64,000 nucleotides of DNA, taken from Candidatus Hodarchaeum mangrovi (GTDB lineage: Archaea; Asgardarchaeota; Heimdallarchaeia; Hodarchaeales; Hodarchaeaceae). The position numbers and the translations under genes are program-made. The notes under the pieces were generated by a model. The model saw only the letters and a program-made list of their open reading frames with translations, ran no database searches and had not been told where the DNA came from. The DNA is taken from the NCBI GenBank assembly GCA_016839515.1, contig JAEOUE010000254.1:1-64000 (forward strand), in the 5' to 3' direction. Numbering within the stretch: the first letter of the stretch is position 1; each line of letters begins with the position of its first letter. Positions 40,207 through 50,662 of this stretch are shown here, piece after piece.

Positions 40207-40908
40207 CTAATCCTTGAATTGTTTAGAGATGTCTTTATAAACTTTTTCAAGTTTTTTATCTGTTTCTACAACAATTTTCAGGTATTTTTCTATCTTTTTT
40301 ATTTTCTTATCAACTTCGCTGAATTTTTTTTCAACGTTCTTCTGATGAGAATTAATTTTTTTGAGATGATCCTCTATTGATTTGAATTGCTTTTCAATGT
40401 CACCGATAGGAACAGTAATTCCTGATTCATCTTTGATAGTCATAACAGAAAGCTTAGGAGGAGTTGGAGGAGGCATTTGCTCTATCTCTTGTTCCATGCT
40501 CAAAGGAGGAAATTGTTTTGGCATTACTTGGGATTGGGGTTTAGAAATTATTGGCTGTGAAGCACTAGGTGGAGGAGATGAATAAGATGGTTTTACTGGA
40601 GGAGGTTTACTAGGTGGAGGAGGAGTATAAGGTATTGGTGATTGAGGAGGAGGTTTTGGAATTTCTAGAGGTTCAGAAGAACGAAGAAGAGGACTGGGCG
40701 AAGTTTCATGACCTTTTATTGGTGGTGGAGGTTCTTTAAAAGATTCCTGAAGATCTAAAGGAATAATCGGCTTTATCTCATTAGCTTCACGATCTGTTAA
40801 AGCTTGCTGAGCCCCGCAATGAGGACAGGGAAAGTCCATTACATAATTCCGACATTTTTTACAGACTGGACTCATGGTTATTACATAATTCACCTTATTA
40901 ATAAACAA
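40207..40908 (-). CDS. Zinc ribbon + proline-rich linker + coiled-coil protein
   Basis: CKKC..CPHC, multiple PPP(P) tracts, C-terminal heptad helix; true start probably MSPVC. Confidence 0.75.
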   Translation of the reverse strand: MFINKVNYVITMSPVCKKCRNYVMDFPCPHCGAQQALTDREANEIKPIIPLDLQESFKEPPPPIKGHETSPSPLLRSSEPLEIPKPPPQSPIPYTPPPPSKPPPVKPSYSSPPPSASQPIISKPQSQVMPKQFPPLSMEQEIEQMPPPTPPKLSVMTIKDESGITVPIGDIEKQFKSIEDHLKKINSHQKNVEKKFSEVDKKIKKIEKYLKIVVETDKKLEKVYKDISKQFKD

Positions 40909-41020
40909 TTTTTTTCTGGATTTTATTATTTATTTTTATATTCAATATTTTTAGCAAAGCTTGAACACAATTTTTCCGACAATATCCTATTTACTGGATA
41001 AAACGAAAATAAAATACTTA

Positions 41021-41330
41021 TTAATATAGTAAAAAATGAGTAGGGGAACTATTAATATATACAAAAACTATCTGATACCTCTTCACTCCATTGAAACTGA
41101 AAATGCTTTCGAAGGTAGCTACATATTCTATGTCAAGAATCTTTTCACTATATCTTCTTTGATTCCACGTTCCAAGGCATTCTTAGTTTTTTCTCCAAAT
41201 ATTACTCCTCCTCCTAAGGGTTTGTACAATCTCATTTTCTTTTCAGGATCGTAACCTTCAGAAACAAGGATTGAGTTATATTTTTCATCATAAATAGATG
41301 TATATAAATGACTCTAATTGAGTTATTTTT
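41021..41330 (-). pseudogene. Frameshifted NUDIX hydrolase remnant
   Basis: Minus-strand fragments ILVSEGYDPEKKMRLYKPLGGGVIFGEKTKNALERGIKEDI (decayed Nudix box), then after a frameshift ILDIEYVATFESIFSFNGVKRYQIVFVY; no in-frame start; upstream boundary approximate. Confidence 0.7.
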
Positions 41331-41523
41331 TTAAAATTCTCTCCAGGAAGAAAGAAGAAAATAATCAATGAATTTCTTTTGACACTGGTAATCTTAAAAG
41401 AATATCTAATGACGAACTTGGCCCTTTCCTTTCTGCTTCAACTTTATTTTGTAAAACCTATTATAAATCGAACTGTGTAAGAAGAAGAACTTAATAATAG
41501 GTTAAGATACTAATTTAAACAAC

Positions 41524-41793
41524 TTACTTTCGAATTCTTCTCACTTCATAAATCACTGGGTTCCAAGCGTCAGGACAAGCATGAGTACTTACATCTGGAT
41601 TTTCTAACCAAGGAAATTCAGCTCCATATGCCATTGCAAATACTTTAGGCATAATTGAGTAAAGAGCGTGTAGACAGATTTTCCCACTTATCTCATTCCT
41701 TTCAAACGAGATTAAAACTTCGTCTCCGATTTTATGTCCTGCTACGCAAGTTCCTTCTTGATTTTTTACGATTAATTTGATATTATAGGTCAT
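41524..41793 (-). CDS. TIGR04076-family small Cys protein
   Basis: GTCVAGHKIGD, ICLHALYSI, ACPD..NPV.YEV. Confidence 0.8.
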   Translation of the reverse strand: MTYNIKLIVKNQEGTCVAGHKIGDEVLISFERNEISGKICLHALYSIMPKVFAMAYGAEFPWLENPDVSTHACPDAWNPVIYEVRRIRK

Positions 41794-41884
41794 TTTTGAA
41801 TCCCAATTGCTTAAGAATATGTAGTGATCTCTTATTAGGAGCTTATATTTACATCTACAGTCTTAATATAATTATATCTATGAC

Positions 41885-42496
41885 CTATTTTTTATTAACT
41901 AAAAAATCATCTAACAGTTTTGAATTACTTCTTTTCATTGTTACTTTAGTATCCCACTTCTTAGAAAGATTAAGGATAGAACTTGACTCCTTTTTACCTT
42001 GTATTAGTTGTGATAATGCAAAACTTTCCCAAAGTTCATGAAAGTTTCCATCTGTTAAATTTTGCAAAAGAGGATTCAATGGCATTCGTGATTCGTATTC
42101 TTTTAATACATAGTTTAATTCTTTTTTTGTCATTTTTATCCTATTTGAGTTATCGATAATAAAAACACCCCTATTAGACTCGAAAAGGATAATAAAGAGT
42201 GGAAATCGTTTCTTAAGAAAATATAAAAAGGGTTTTTCATTATGATGGACTAGTTTTTTAGAAGAGGCATATAAAATTCCATGAGGAGAGACAGATAATC
42301 GTAAAAATGCTTTATGAGAATGAAGATCTGTATCCACCTCTCTACTCATCCGTACGGCCTTTTTGGCAATTGGATTGCCAATATTTTCTAAAATTTCCTT
42401 TGATAAGGTCTTTACTTCTTCAAGAAATTTGTCGTCAACTTCCTTATGACGACTTAATGCCCTGATAACCTTCTTCTTGTGAATTCTCCTTATCAT
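41885..42496 (-). CDS. DUF4130 (TIGR03915-like) putative DNA metabolism protein
   Basis: REV..DLHSHKAFLRL, KRFP, FHELWESFALS; adjacent to its usual radical SAM partner. Confidence 0.7.
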   Translation of the reverse strand: MIRRIHKKKVIRALSRHKEVDDKFLEEVKTLSKEILENIGNPIAKKAVRMSREVDTDLHSHKAFLRLSVSPHGILYASSKKLVHHNEKPFLYFLKKRFPLFIILFESNRGVFIIDNSNRIKMTKKELNYVLKEYESRMPLNPLLQNLTDGNFHELWESFALSQLIQGKKESSSILNLSKKWDTKVTMKRSNSKLLDDFLVNKK

Positions 42497-42520
42497 ATTC
42501 TTTACCCAAAGAAAGAGGAT

Positions 42521-43675
42521 TTAATTGAAAAATCCATTTAAATTGGTTTGTTTTCTTCCATTTACAATTAAAAATGGTTTAGCTCTCTTTAAAACAACTC
42601 CGAGTTGACAAAGATCTTTATAACTCTTAATTTTATGATTTATTTTTCTTAAATTACAAATCCGTTTTGCGGAGACTTCTCCTATTCCTGGGCATCTTAA
42701 TAACTCCTCATAGCTCGCTTCATTGACATCTAAGGGAAATATTTTATCTTCAAATGCGATTGCTAGTTTCGGATCGATATGTAAAGGTAACATGCCATCC
42801 TCATTGAGAATAGAAATTATTTCTTCTTTTTTATAGGAATATTTTCGGAATAACCAGTCAATTCGATATAGAAAATTCTCTCGCTTTGATATTGTATAGG
42901 GAAGTTTAACTTTCTCTAGTGGAGTTTCTTTCATTGGAGTAAAAGCAGAAAAATATCCTCGCTTAAGGTTAAGATGCTTATATTCCCAAACAAGTCTTTC
43001 AAAAATCTCTTTGTCTGACTCACTTGAAGCCCCTATAATAAATTGCGTTGTGTGGCCTGCAGGAGTTAAGCCAGATTCAATCAACTGCATAATGATCTTT
43101 TGAGGTCTAATAATATCTAGAATGTAATCTTTTGTACTTGAAACTTCTGTTAGTCTTGTAGCGCTGGGAACTTCTATATTTAGACTAACTCTATCAGCAA
43201 TTTCCATAATTCTTCTAATCTGATATTTTTCAGTTCCAGGTAATATCTTAATATGGATATATCCTCTGAATTTATACTGATATCTAATTAAATCAATTGC
43301 TTCAATTATTTTCTCTGTAGTTTCATATACACTTTTTAAAACCCCCGATGACAGAAAAAGTCCTTCAACGTAATTTCTAATATATAACCCAATAAAAGCT
43401 TTAGCTAATTCCTCTGGTGTGAACATAGTTTTTAATTTGGCTTTAGAACACCGATTTATGCAATAAAAACAGTCATTAAGACAATAATTTGTCATAAGAA
43501 CTTTAAAAAGACTAATACACCTTCCATCAGGGCTAAAAGCGTGACATATACCAGCATGATGCGGATTTCCAATTCTATCTCCATTAAATACGTTTCTAGG
43601 TGAAGCCATGGATGCACATATATCAAATTTGCTTGCATTACCTAAAATTTCGATTTTTCTTTGTAATTCACCCAA
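42521..43675 (-). CDS. Putative DNA modification/repair radical SAM protein with HhH motif (TIGR03916-like)
   Basis: GICHAFSPDGRCISLFKVLMTNYCLNDCFYC, EGLFLSSGV, GYIHIKILPG, LLRCPGIGEVSAKRI. Confidence 0.9.
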   Translation of the reverse strand: MGELQRKIEILGNASKFDICASMASPRNVFNGDRIGNPHHAGICHAFSPDGRCISLFKVLMTNYCLNDCFYCINRCSKAKLKTMFTPEELAKAFIGLYIRNYVEGLFLSSGVLKSVYETTEKIIEAIDLIRYQYKFRGYIHIKILPGTEKYQIRRIMEIADRVSLNIEVPSATRLTEVSSTKDYILDIIRPQKIIMQLIESGLTPAGHTTQFIIGASSESDKEIFERLVWEYKHLNLKRGYFSAFTPMKETPLEKVKLPYTISKRENFLYRIDWLFRKYSYKKEEIISILNEDGMLPLHIDPKLAIAFEDKIFPLDVNEASYEELLRCPGIGEVSAKRICNLRKINHKIKSYKDLCQLGVVLKRAKPFLIVNGRKQTNLNGFFN

Positions 43676-43867
43676 ATGTAATCCAACATCTAGATAAGGT
43701 TTTTATTAAATGAAATCATGAAACTCATTTTATATCCTATATTCTATTACCTCAAAATAAAAAAAGGCTGAATTTCTTACTAGTCTAATCATACGTATAA
43801 TCAATAAAAATTCTTGTAAATAAAATACCGAGATTCCATTTCTAAATCGTTAATAAGAGGATTAATC

Positions 43868-44575
43868 TTGAGTAAACACCCAATAAATAAAAATGATAAA
43901 AATTTAGGGTGGCGTTGGGAGTTGGTCACAAACATTGATGAATGGAAAATTCCTGATGGACAGGTTATGAGATTGGCTTTTATTCTAGAAAAAGAGAAAG
44001 AGAAGAAGATCCTTGATATAGGATGCGGATTAGGAAGACATATTGTCTATTTCGCAAGACAAGGCTTTCAGGTATGTGGGATTGATATATCAGAACATGC
44101 AGTATCACATACTAATAAATGGTTAAGAGAAGAAAAATTAGAAGCTGATGTCCATAAAGGGGCATTTACAAGCATAAATTACCCAAATAACACATTTAAC
44201 CTTGTAATTGCTTTAAATGTAATTTATCATGGATTTAAAAAAGAAATTATAAAAGGATTCTCCGAAGTTTTACGTATTCTTAAACCTGGGGGGATATTTT
44301 ATGGAACCCTTAAGACAAAAAGTAAAGATGAACCTTTCGATAACGAAGGTATAGAAATAATTAATAACCAGACGATTATTTTGAGAGAAGGAATAGAAGC
44401 TAATGTTCCTCACTACTTTTCTTATAAAGAGGATTTGATTGAATTTTTTCAGGGTTATGAAGTAGACAAAATAATCTATTGTGAATATTTTTACCCCCCA
44501 CAATTAGTAAAGTCATTTATTAAAAAAGCTGGATCTGGTTATTTTCATTATTTTCTAAAAAAACCCGCAAATTAG
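43868..44575 (+). CDS. Class I SAM-dependent methyltransferase
   Basis: ILDIGCGLGRH, GIDIS, RILKPGG. Confidence 0.88.
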   Translation: MSKHPINKNDKNLGWRWELVTNIDEWKIPDGQVMRLAFILEKEKEKKILDIGCGLGRHIVYFARQGFQVCGIDISEHAVSHTNKWLREEKLEADVHKGAFTSINYPNNTFNLVIALNVIYHGFKKEIIKGFSEVLRILKPGGIFYGTLKTKSKDEPFDNEGIEIINNQTIILREGIEANVPHYFSYKEDLIEFFQGYEVDKIIYCEYFYPPQLVKSFIKKAGSGYFHYFLKKPAN

Positions 44576-44606
44576 ACTTAAAAATCTATGCTCAATAATA
44601 AATATT

Positions 44607-45209
44607 ATGGCATTTATCTATAAACCAGGATATCTACACACCATCATTGGCCCAATGAAGAGTGGAAAAACAGAAAAATTTATTGAAATTTTCGCAAATC
44701 TAAAATTTAGTGATATTCAAGGGATAGTTTTCAATCCAGCTATTAATACACGTGATCCAGTAATTCGAAGTCGGATTTCTAATAGATGGCTCGAAACCAT
44801 TAGAATCGATGAATTACACCCTGAGAATGTCTTTAGACATGTGTCTGATTCACAGAATGTGATGGTTGGATTTGATGAGACACAATTTTTTGCTATGAGT
44901 ATTATTACGGTGATTGATAAACTTTTAGAACAGGATTTTCATATTGTTGCTTCAGGACTGTTGTTAGATTTTCGTGGTGAACCATTTGGCCCGATGCCAA
45001 CATTAGTAGGTCAAGCACATGAAATCACGAAACTTTCAGCTATTTGTGAATATCCAGGCTGTAACAGACATGCAACACAAACCCAGAGGTTAATTAATGG
45101 AAAACCTGCCGATTACAATAGTCCAACTGTTTTAATTGAAGGAGGTGGATATAATGAAGAGTATCAGGCACGTTGTCTTCGTCATCATCATGTTCCTCGC
45201 TCTTCTTAA
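44607..45209 (+). CDS. tdk: Thymidine kinase
   Basis: GPMKSGKT, FDETQFF, SGL.LDFRGEPF, KLSAIC, EEYQARC. Confidence 0.92.
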   Translation: MAFIYKPGYLHTIIGPMKSGKTEKFIEIFANLKFSDIQGIVFNPAINTRDPVIRSRISNRWLETIRIDELHPENVFRHVSDSQNVMVGFDETQFFAMSIITVIDKLLEQDFHIVASGLLLDFRGEPFGPMPTLVGQAHEITKLSAICEYPGCNRHATQTQRLINGKPADYNSPTVLIEGGGYNEEYQARCLRHHHVPRSS

Positions 45210-46324
45210 TTCATCGCACATCGATTCGGCCCGATTTCCAAGTCATTGATCTGGTTTGGGGCCAAAATTGTCTTACCAGCATTAATATTACGTATTTTTT
45301 GATAAGAAGGTGGATGAGGTAGCGTTTCTACACGATTTACTGCATATTCGATAAATTCGTTTTCTGTTTTGTCAACTATTGGATTTTGAATGAAAGTTCT
45401 TACATCAGTTAGTAATGGTTTATTAAAGTGCTCTAGTGTGAATTTCCCGTGATGAGCTGGAGCAATAAACATATCTTGAGACAAAGATTTGTATAAAGTC
45501 ATACTCCTATATAAATCGCTGGCAAATTCTCTTGCTTTGTTTGCTAGATCAGGTCTACCAACACCATCAGCAAAAATTGTATCCCCAGATAGAATACCAT
45601 ATCCATCGATAGAGAAAGAATATGAACCAAAGGTATGACCTGGAGTATGGAGACTTTTTAAATACGTACCATTTAACTGAAATTTATCATTGTGTTTGAT
45701 AGGTGTATATTCTATCGATTTAAATTCATATGGGTCTTGACTTGAAAGAAATAGTGAAGCATCACATTTTTCAGCAAGATTTATTGCCCCGCTCACATGA
45801 TCGGCATGCAAATGAGTATCAATAACCTTAGTTATAGTTAGATCATTAGTACGAGAGTATTCTAAATACGGGTCAAGATTAAATGCAGGATCGATAACCA
45901 AGGCTTCATCTTTTCCAATTAACATGTACGAAAGACAACCCTTTGCGATACGACGAAATTGTATCATTTTAACCCCATCATTCCTCAAAACTTCCTCATG
46001 ATCAAATATACTATTCCATAGGGTTAATCCACCTTCAAGAGATAATGCATTCAAACCTTTCTTTTGAAGGTCCTTTGCAGCTATTTTTGAATCATTCCCT
46101 GATCCACATACTGTGATAATTTCTTGACTTTGAAATTCAGGTGGTAATTCTTCCTTCTTGGTCGAAAGAAGAGTCATTATAGGGATATTAAGGCTATCAA
46201 AGATTGTCCACTCCTTATGTTTTTGGATTCCCCGTACATCTAATAAAAGGGGCCTGTAACCATTGCGTAGTTGTTGATAAAGTACTTTAGGGGATATTTC
46301 AATCCTCAATTCAGATTGTGGCAA
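45206..46324 (-). CDS. Rhodanese + metallo-beta-lactamase-fold fusion (persulfide dioxygenase-like)
   Basis: LLDVR, VCGSGN, LEGG..W; THLHADH, HTPGHT, GDTIF..GVGRPD. Confidence 0.88.
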   Translation of the reverse strand: MPQSELRIEISPKVLYQQLRNGYRPLLLDVRGIQKHKEWTIFDSLNIPIMTLLSTKKEELPPEFQSQEIITVCGSGNDSKIAAKDLQKKGLNALSLEGGLTLWNSIFDHEEVLRNDGVKMIQFRRIAKGCLSYMLIGKDEALVIDPAFNLDPYLEYSRTNDLTITKVIDTHLHADHVSGAINLAEKCDASLFLSSQDPYEFKSIEYTPIKHNDKFQLNGTYLKSLHTPGHTFGSYSFSIDGYGILSGDTIFADGVGRPDLANKAREFASDLYRSMTLYKSLSQDMFIAPAHHGKFTLEHFNKPLLTDVRTFIQNPIVDKTENEFIEYAVNRVETLPHPPSYQKIRNINAGKTILAPNQINDLEIGPNRCAMN

Positions 46325-46731
46325 TTTTACTCACTTTTTTTAATTAAATTGACTTTTAATAATAAAAATTTATATTTTCTTTTACGATTGTAGTTGGAAA
46401 TTTCAGTTCTTACAAGGATCGCTAAAAAAATGTAAAATTTAATTCGCTGGTTGATAGAAAACAATATTTGTTCTTGAATTAAGAAGTCAAATGTAGAGGC
46501 TTAGATATTTTGATTAGAATATATGATGAAAACTCATCTGAAATATCCCTTTCATATTTTCTATTCCTGACCTTTAAAGCTCTCCATATGATTGGTTATC
46601 TCACGATCAGAATATATTTCATTTTCTCAACTTTTTGGATTTAATTTGCTTTTTTTTGTCCTTTCTGTTTTCTACAGCAGTAGGTTTCCTTTACATTAGG
46701 ATAGTGGAGCTAAATTATTAATTAATCATCA

Positions 46732-47052
46732 TTAAGACCGATCAAAAGGTTCTCCGCATTTTGGACAGAAATTTCCTTTAAAGTTAGCCCCACAAATCCC
46801 GCAGCTGACCCATCTTGATGGTGAAGGCTTCTCCTTTTCATGTGGTGAAGAGGAATATTCCCTAACATTCATTAAACCTTTTTCATCGGTAAAAAACTGT
46901 GTGTATCCACATTCAGCACAGATATAAATTTCAAGGGTTGCAGTTTTAGGAAATGCTATTGGTACAGAAAATGTATACATTCCTGGGCTAAATTTAAATG
47001 CTCCACGGATGTCAGAAGCTCCACAATTCGGACAATGCTGGACAAATCTCAT
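46732..47052 (-). CDS. Double zinc-ribbon protein
   Basis: CPNC, CAEC, CGIC, CPKC. Confidence 0.75.
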   Translation of the reverse strand: MRFVQHCPNCGASDIRGAFKFSPGMYTFSVPIAFPKTATLEIYICAECGYTQFFTDEKGLMNVREYSSSPHEKEKPSPSRWVSCGICGANFKGNFCPKCGEPFDRS

Positions 47053-47180
47053 GTTTAATATAATTGATTCTTTAGGTTAATATTCCTGTTGATTCCAGAA
47101 GAGTATTTGTATAGAAGTTAAATAAAGATCTTGGCTTCTATTTCTTTTTGCAATTGAAATTTAGATTTTTAAGAAATCTA

Positions 47181-47678
47181 TTAGGTAAAGGAGGGTTTTG
47201 AATATAAATTAATTAAATAATAAATTTGGCCCCTATGATAATTATCATGGTCATACCATTCTTCCAACAATTGAAATATTTTCATCTTTTCTCCCCAAGG
47301 TGCCTTTGTGTCCTTTTCATAAGAGGAATCTTCTGCTTCTAGAATATGTTCTGAAAAATCTTCAGTGACTAGGAATTTTTCCTTAATTTCTTCTAATGAA
47401 TAATGTACTCTCTCTTCTATTCGGAAAAAGACATTTCTGACCCATTGTGCTCGCACACTTAAATCAGTTTGACTACGATTTGGATCAAAACTTTGATGAA
47501 TATACCGAATTTCAGAACCAAGGATATGCCGTAATATTTCGTCTATTGACCATAAATTTTCTTTTGGTCTTTTTTTAAATTCATCTTCATTAAATTGTGT
47601 CAAATTTTCCCATAATTGTTGACGATGTCTTAATATTCTTGAATAACGACCTTTCCAAATTTTTCTATATGAATCCAA
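47181..47678 (-). CDS. DinB family protein
   Basis: WSIDEILRHI...HDNYHRGQI. Confidence 0.85.
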   Translation of the reverse strand: MDSYRKIWKGRYSRILRHRQQLWENLTQFNEDEFKKRPKENLWSIDEILRHILGSEIRYIHQSFDPNRSQTDLSVRAQWVRNVFFRIEERVHYSLEEIKEKFLVTEDFSEHILEAEDSSYEKDTKAPWGEKMKIFQLLEEWYDHDNYHRGQIYYLINLYSKPSFT

Positions 47679-47679
47679 A

Positions 47680-48495
47680 TTAAAACACCTTCTTTTTTCG
47701 ACAAGAAATTATCAATGAAAAAGGAATAATTTGATTGACCCGAATGAATTTTTCATTAATTTTTCTATCGTAATATGCAAGTTCCTTAAAATTTGATTGT
47801 CGAAGCTGTTCTCTGTTAAAACCTTTTGGTTCTACAATTCTTTCAATTAGAAAACCAGAGTTAATTAGACCATTAATTAACTCTTCAAAGCGTCTATATC
47901 GTTGACCAAATGAAGCGATTTTTTGTTGATTTTCATCCTCCCAATTCCATATGTCACGTGATTCATTAAAATATGAATATATTTTCTCGAAGTTGTATTC
48001 TTCTAAGGCTTCCCATAAGACAAATTGAATTGGATGTAAAATACAGATTAGAAATTGTCCATTATTCCTTAAAATTCTAAAACTCTCATTGAAGACTTTC
48101 TGAATATCTTCTACATAACTGATTGCATGTACGGAAATAATTAGATCAAATGATTCATCTAGAAAAGTTGTGGAAAGATTTTCCATATCTTGCCTTATAA
48201 ACTTTATATTCACATTTTCTCTTGAAGCAAGACCTTGAGCATAAAGTAATTGTTTTTCAGAGATATCTAATCCAGTGACAGATTTAGCTCCCCACTTTGC
48301 TAAAACAATGGATATTTGTCCTCCTCCACACCCTAATTCGAGGCAATCTTTACCTTTGACACCATCTAATAACTTCAAATGCTTTTCACTGGGAGCATAA
48401 GGACCATAATGAACATCCTCTAGAGATATAATTGTTTGAGCTTGATAATAATCGCTTAATTTATCCCAAGAAATTCTATTATCTTCATTTGACAT
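47680..48495 (-). CDS. Class I SAM-dependent methyltransferase
   Basis: CLELGCGGG, GLDISEKQL, RILRNNG, HP. Confidence 0.88.
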   Translation of the reverse strand: MSNEDNRISWDKLSDYYQAQTIISLEDVHYGPYAPSEKHLKLLDGVKGKDCLELGCGGGQISIVLAKWGAKSVTGLDISEKQLLYAQGLASRENVNIKFIRQDMENLSTTFLDESFDLIISVHAISYVEDIQKVFNESFRILRNNGQFLICILHPIQFVLWEALEEYNFEKIYSYFNESRDIWNWEDENQQKIASFGQRYRRFEELINGLINSGFLIERIVEPKGFNREQLRQSNFKELAYYDRKINEKFIRVNQIIPFSLIISCRKKKVF

Positions 48496-48973
48496 AAATT
48501 GGCCTCTAATCTAAGATATTCGATAAAAATTATTTATCTTATTGAATTGTTTAAAGTTTTTCCCTCTAATATGTCTTGAAGGAATTTTTCAACCGTATCA
48601 AAATCATTTTTAGGCTTTTTAGATGCATCTAGGGTTTTTAGAATACCTTCTCCCTCTTCAATGAGACATGAGAGATTGCTTTTTAGTTCTATTATAGTTA
48701 TTGAATTAATTGTAATTAATCTTTTTATCATTACATTTTTGAATAAAAAGATGAAAAAGTTCACTTTTACTAAAATGTCGCGATCCTACAATCATTAATG
48801 GGAGTCCCTTCTGACCTTGAAAGAGAATGAAATATCCAAGCTCACCAAGTAAGGAAAAAATAATTTTAGCTCAAGTGGAAATTCTAGTCAATTCAATTGT
48901 TAAGCTAAAATAATATTAATAGTTCTTAAATGCTTCCATCGGATTTTTAATTAATAAAAAGAGTGATGAAAAC

Positions 48974-49399
48974 TTGATAGAAATTCTTTCAATTGAGCAA
49001 TATTCGCAAATATTAGATCTTTGGCATCTTACCAATTTACCATTGAAAGAAAAAGGACGTGATAGTTATTTAAGCCTTGAAAAACAACTAAATACAGGAT
49101 CAATTATTATTATAGGTTATTTTTCAGAGAAAACTTTGGTAGGTGTTGTATTAATAAGTCAAGATGGGAGAAAGGGATGGATAAATCGACTCGCAGTTCA
49201 TCCAAATTATCGACGACAGGGTATTGCTTCTCAATTAATCCAATATTGTGAAAATTATTTTAAAAGCCTTGATATTACCGTTTATGGAGCTCTAATTGAA
49301 GCAGATAATACCCCAAGTAAAAATTGCTTCGAGAAAAACGGATGGAGCTGTTGGCCAGAGATTCAGTATTATTCAAAACGTAAAAGTGATCAGAGTTAA
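48974..49399 (+). CDS. GNAT acetyltransferase (YpeA-like)
   Basis: DGRKGWINRLAVHPNYRRQGIA. Confidence 0.9.
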   Translation: MIEILSIEQYSQILDLWHLTNLPLKEKGRDSYLSLEKQLNTGSIIIIGYFSEKTLVGVVLISQDGRKGWINRLAVHPNYRRQGIASQLIQYCENYFKSLDITVYGALIEADNTPSKNCFEKNGWSCWPEIQYYSKRKSDQS

Positions 49400-49409
49400 A
49401 ATAGCTATT

Positions 49410-50459
49410 TTATAGATGAATAGGGAACCCGAAAGTTAATAATAATGTCATTATGATTAGGGGAATTATTCTAAGATAACCAACCTCACGTTCAAAACCC
49501 CATAAATATTCAATTGCCAAAAATAAGTAGATTATAATAAAAACAAAGGAAAAAAATTCAAGTATTATTCCGAATGTTCCTGCATAATCTGTGATGTTAA
49601 AAATCAAAAAGCGAGCTTGATCAAAAGAAACATTATAATTTAGCACATATGTTTCATAATTACTCAATTGATTTATAAGAGCTAATATAGGAAGAAAAAT
49701 CACTTTAGGCGCTATTAATACTGAAATTATTTTAAGAGTCTGTAAATATTCAATCTTCAAGGGAGCATCATAAGTTATTAAGTATATAACTGTTGTATAT
49801 AATAGAAATAAGATTAAGTTAAGTATCAAGTATCCAATTATACCATCACTAATTATTTCATTTTGAAGCGGTACCCATTCCATTTGTTTTACTGGATTTC
49901 CATAAACAAATCTTGGCACTGTGATAATTGTAAAGATTATTAGAATAATACTTGAAATTGTATAAAGAATGAGGAAAGGAATCCATGTATCAATACCATA
50001 ACGAAGATAATTGAAAATCTTCTTAGGGAAAATAAACATTTGAAATTGATAAATTGTTCCTGAAATAGAATCTCTTTTATTAGGGACAGGAATATTTTCC
50101 TTTTGACTAACGCCCCGAAGTTGAGAAAGAGGCATTCGACATGAAGGGCAAGTTTTCTTTTCAAGATCTCCTTCAGATAGACTTTTCAGACAAACTTGAC
50201 AATACTCATAATTTAGGATTGAATCAAGTTCTTTACTAGAAAAATCCAACGAATCCTGTACAAATTGAGCCAATCCATGAACTGCCGTAAAGTATTGATA
50301 AGCAGTAATTTTTTTCTCCTTATAACGAATTTTTTGCTTTTTTAACCATTTAATCCAGCTATAAGTGGTTTTCTTATATTCAATCTTTTCTGGTGTCTTT
50401 TCCAATTCATCTGTTATGAAATTAATAATTGCTTCTAGTGGTATATCATTGCTACTCAT
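49410..50459 (-). CDS. Zinc-finger + Yip1-like multi-TM protein
   Basis: CQVC...CPSCR, then MFIFPKKIFNYLR (Yip1-type P..F..L lead-in) and about 5 TM helices. Confidence 0.55.
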   Translation of the reverse strand: MSSNDIPLEAIINFITDELEKTPEKIEYKKTTYSWIKWLKKQKIRYKEKKITAYQYFTAVHGLAQFVQDSLDFSSKELDSILNYEYCQVCLKSLSEGDLEKKTCPSCRMPLSQLRGVSQKENIPVPNKRDSISGTIYQFQMFIFPKKIFNYLRYGIDTWIPFLILYTISSIILIIFTIITVPRFVYGNPVKQMEWVPLQNEIISDGIIGYLILNLILFLLYTTVIYLITYDAPLKIEYLQTLKIISVLIAPKVIFLPILALINQLSNYETYVLNYNVSFDQARFLIFNITDYAGTFGIILEFFSFVFIIIYLFLAIEYLWGFEREVGYLRIIPLIIMTLLLTFGFPIHL

Positions 50460-50662
50460 TAAAAGCCCTCATTTGACTCTATTTAGCTTGAAATTATCAG
50501 GTTTTTAAAACCTAAAATAAAATATCCCTTAAAGATTTTAATTGTGATTTTTAATTGAATAAAATGCTTTTCAGAAAAACTATATAATATTTTGTTAAGC
50601 AGCACTTATTCTTTTCTTATTTTATTCTAAATAAGAAGTTTTATTACGAATAAATACTAAAA

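Noticed and set aside
41036-41254. 72-aa plus-strand ORF
   Set aside because: Antisense shadow of the NUDIX pseudogene
48534-48764. 76-aa minus-strand ORF, possibly a gene remnant
   Set aside because: No recognisable motif and a weak start; I cannot support it as a gene or pseudogene
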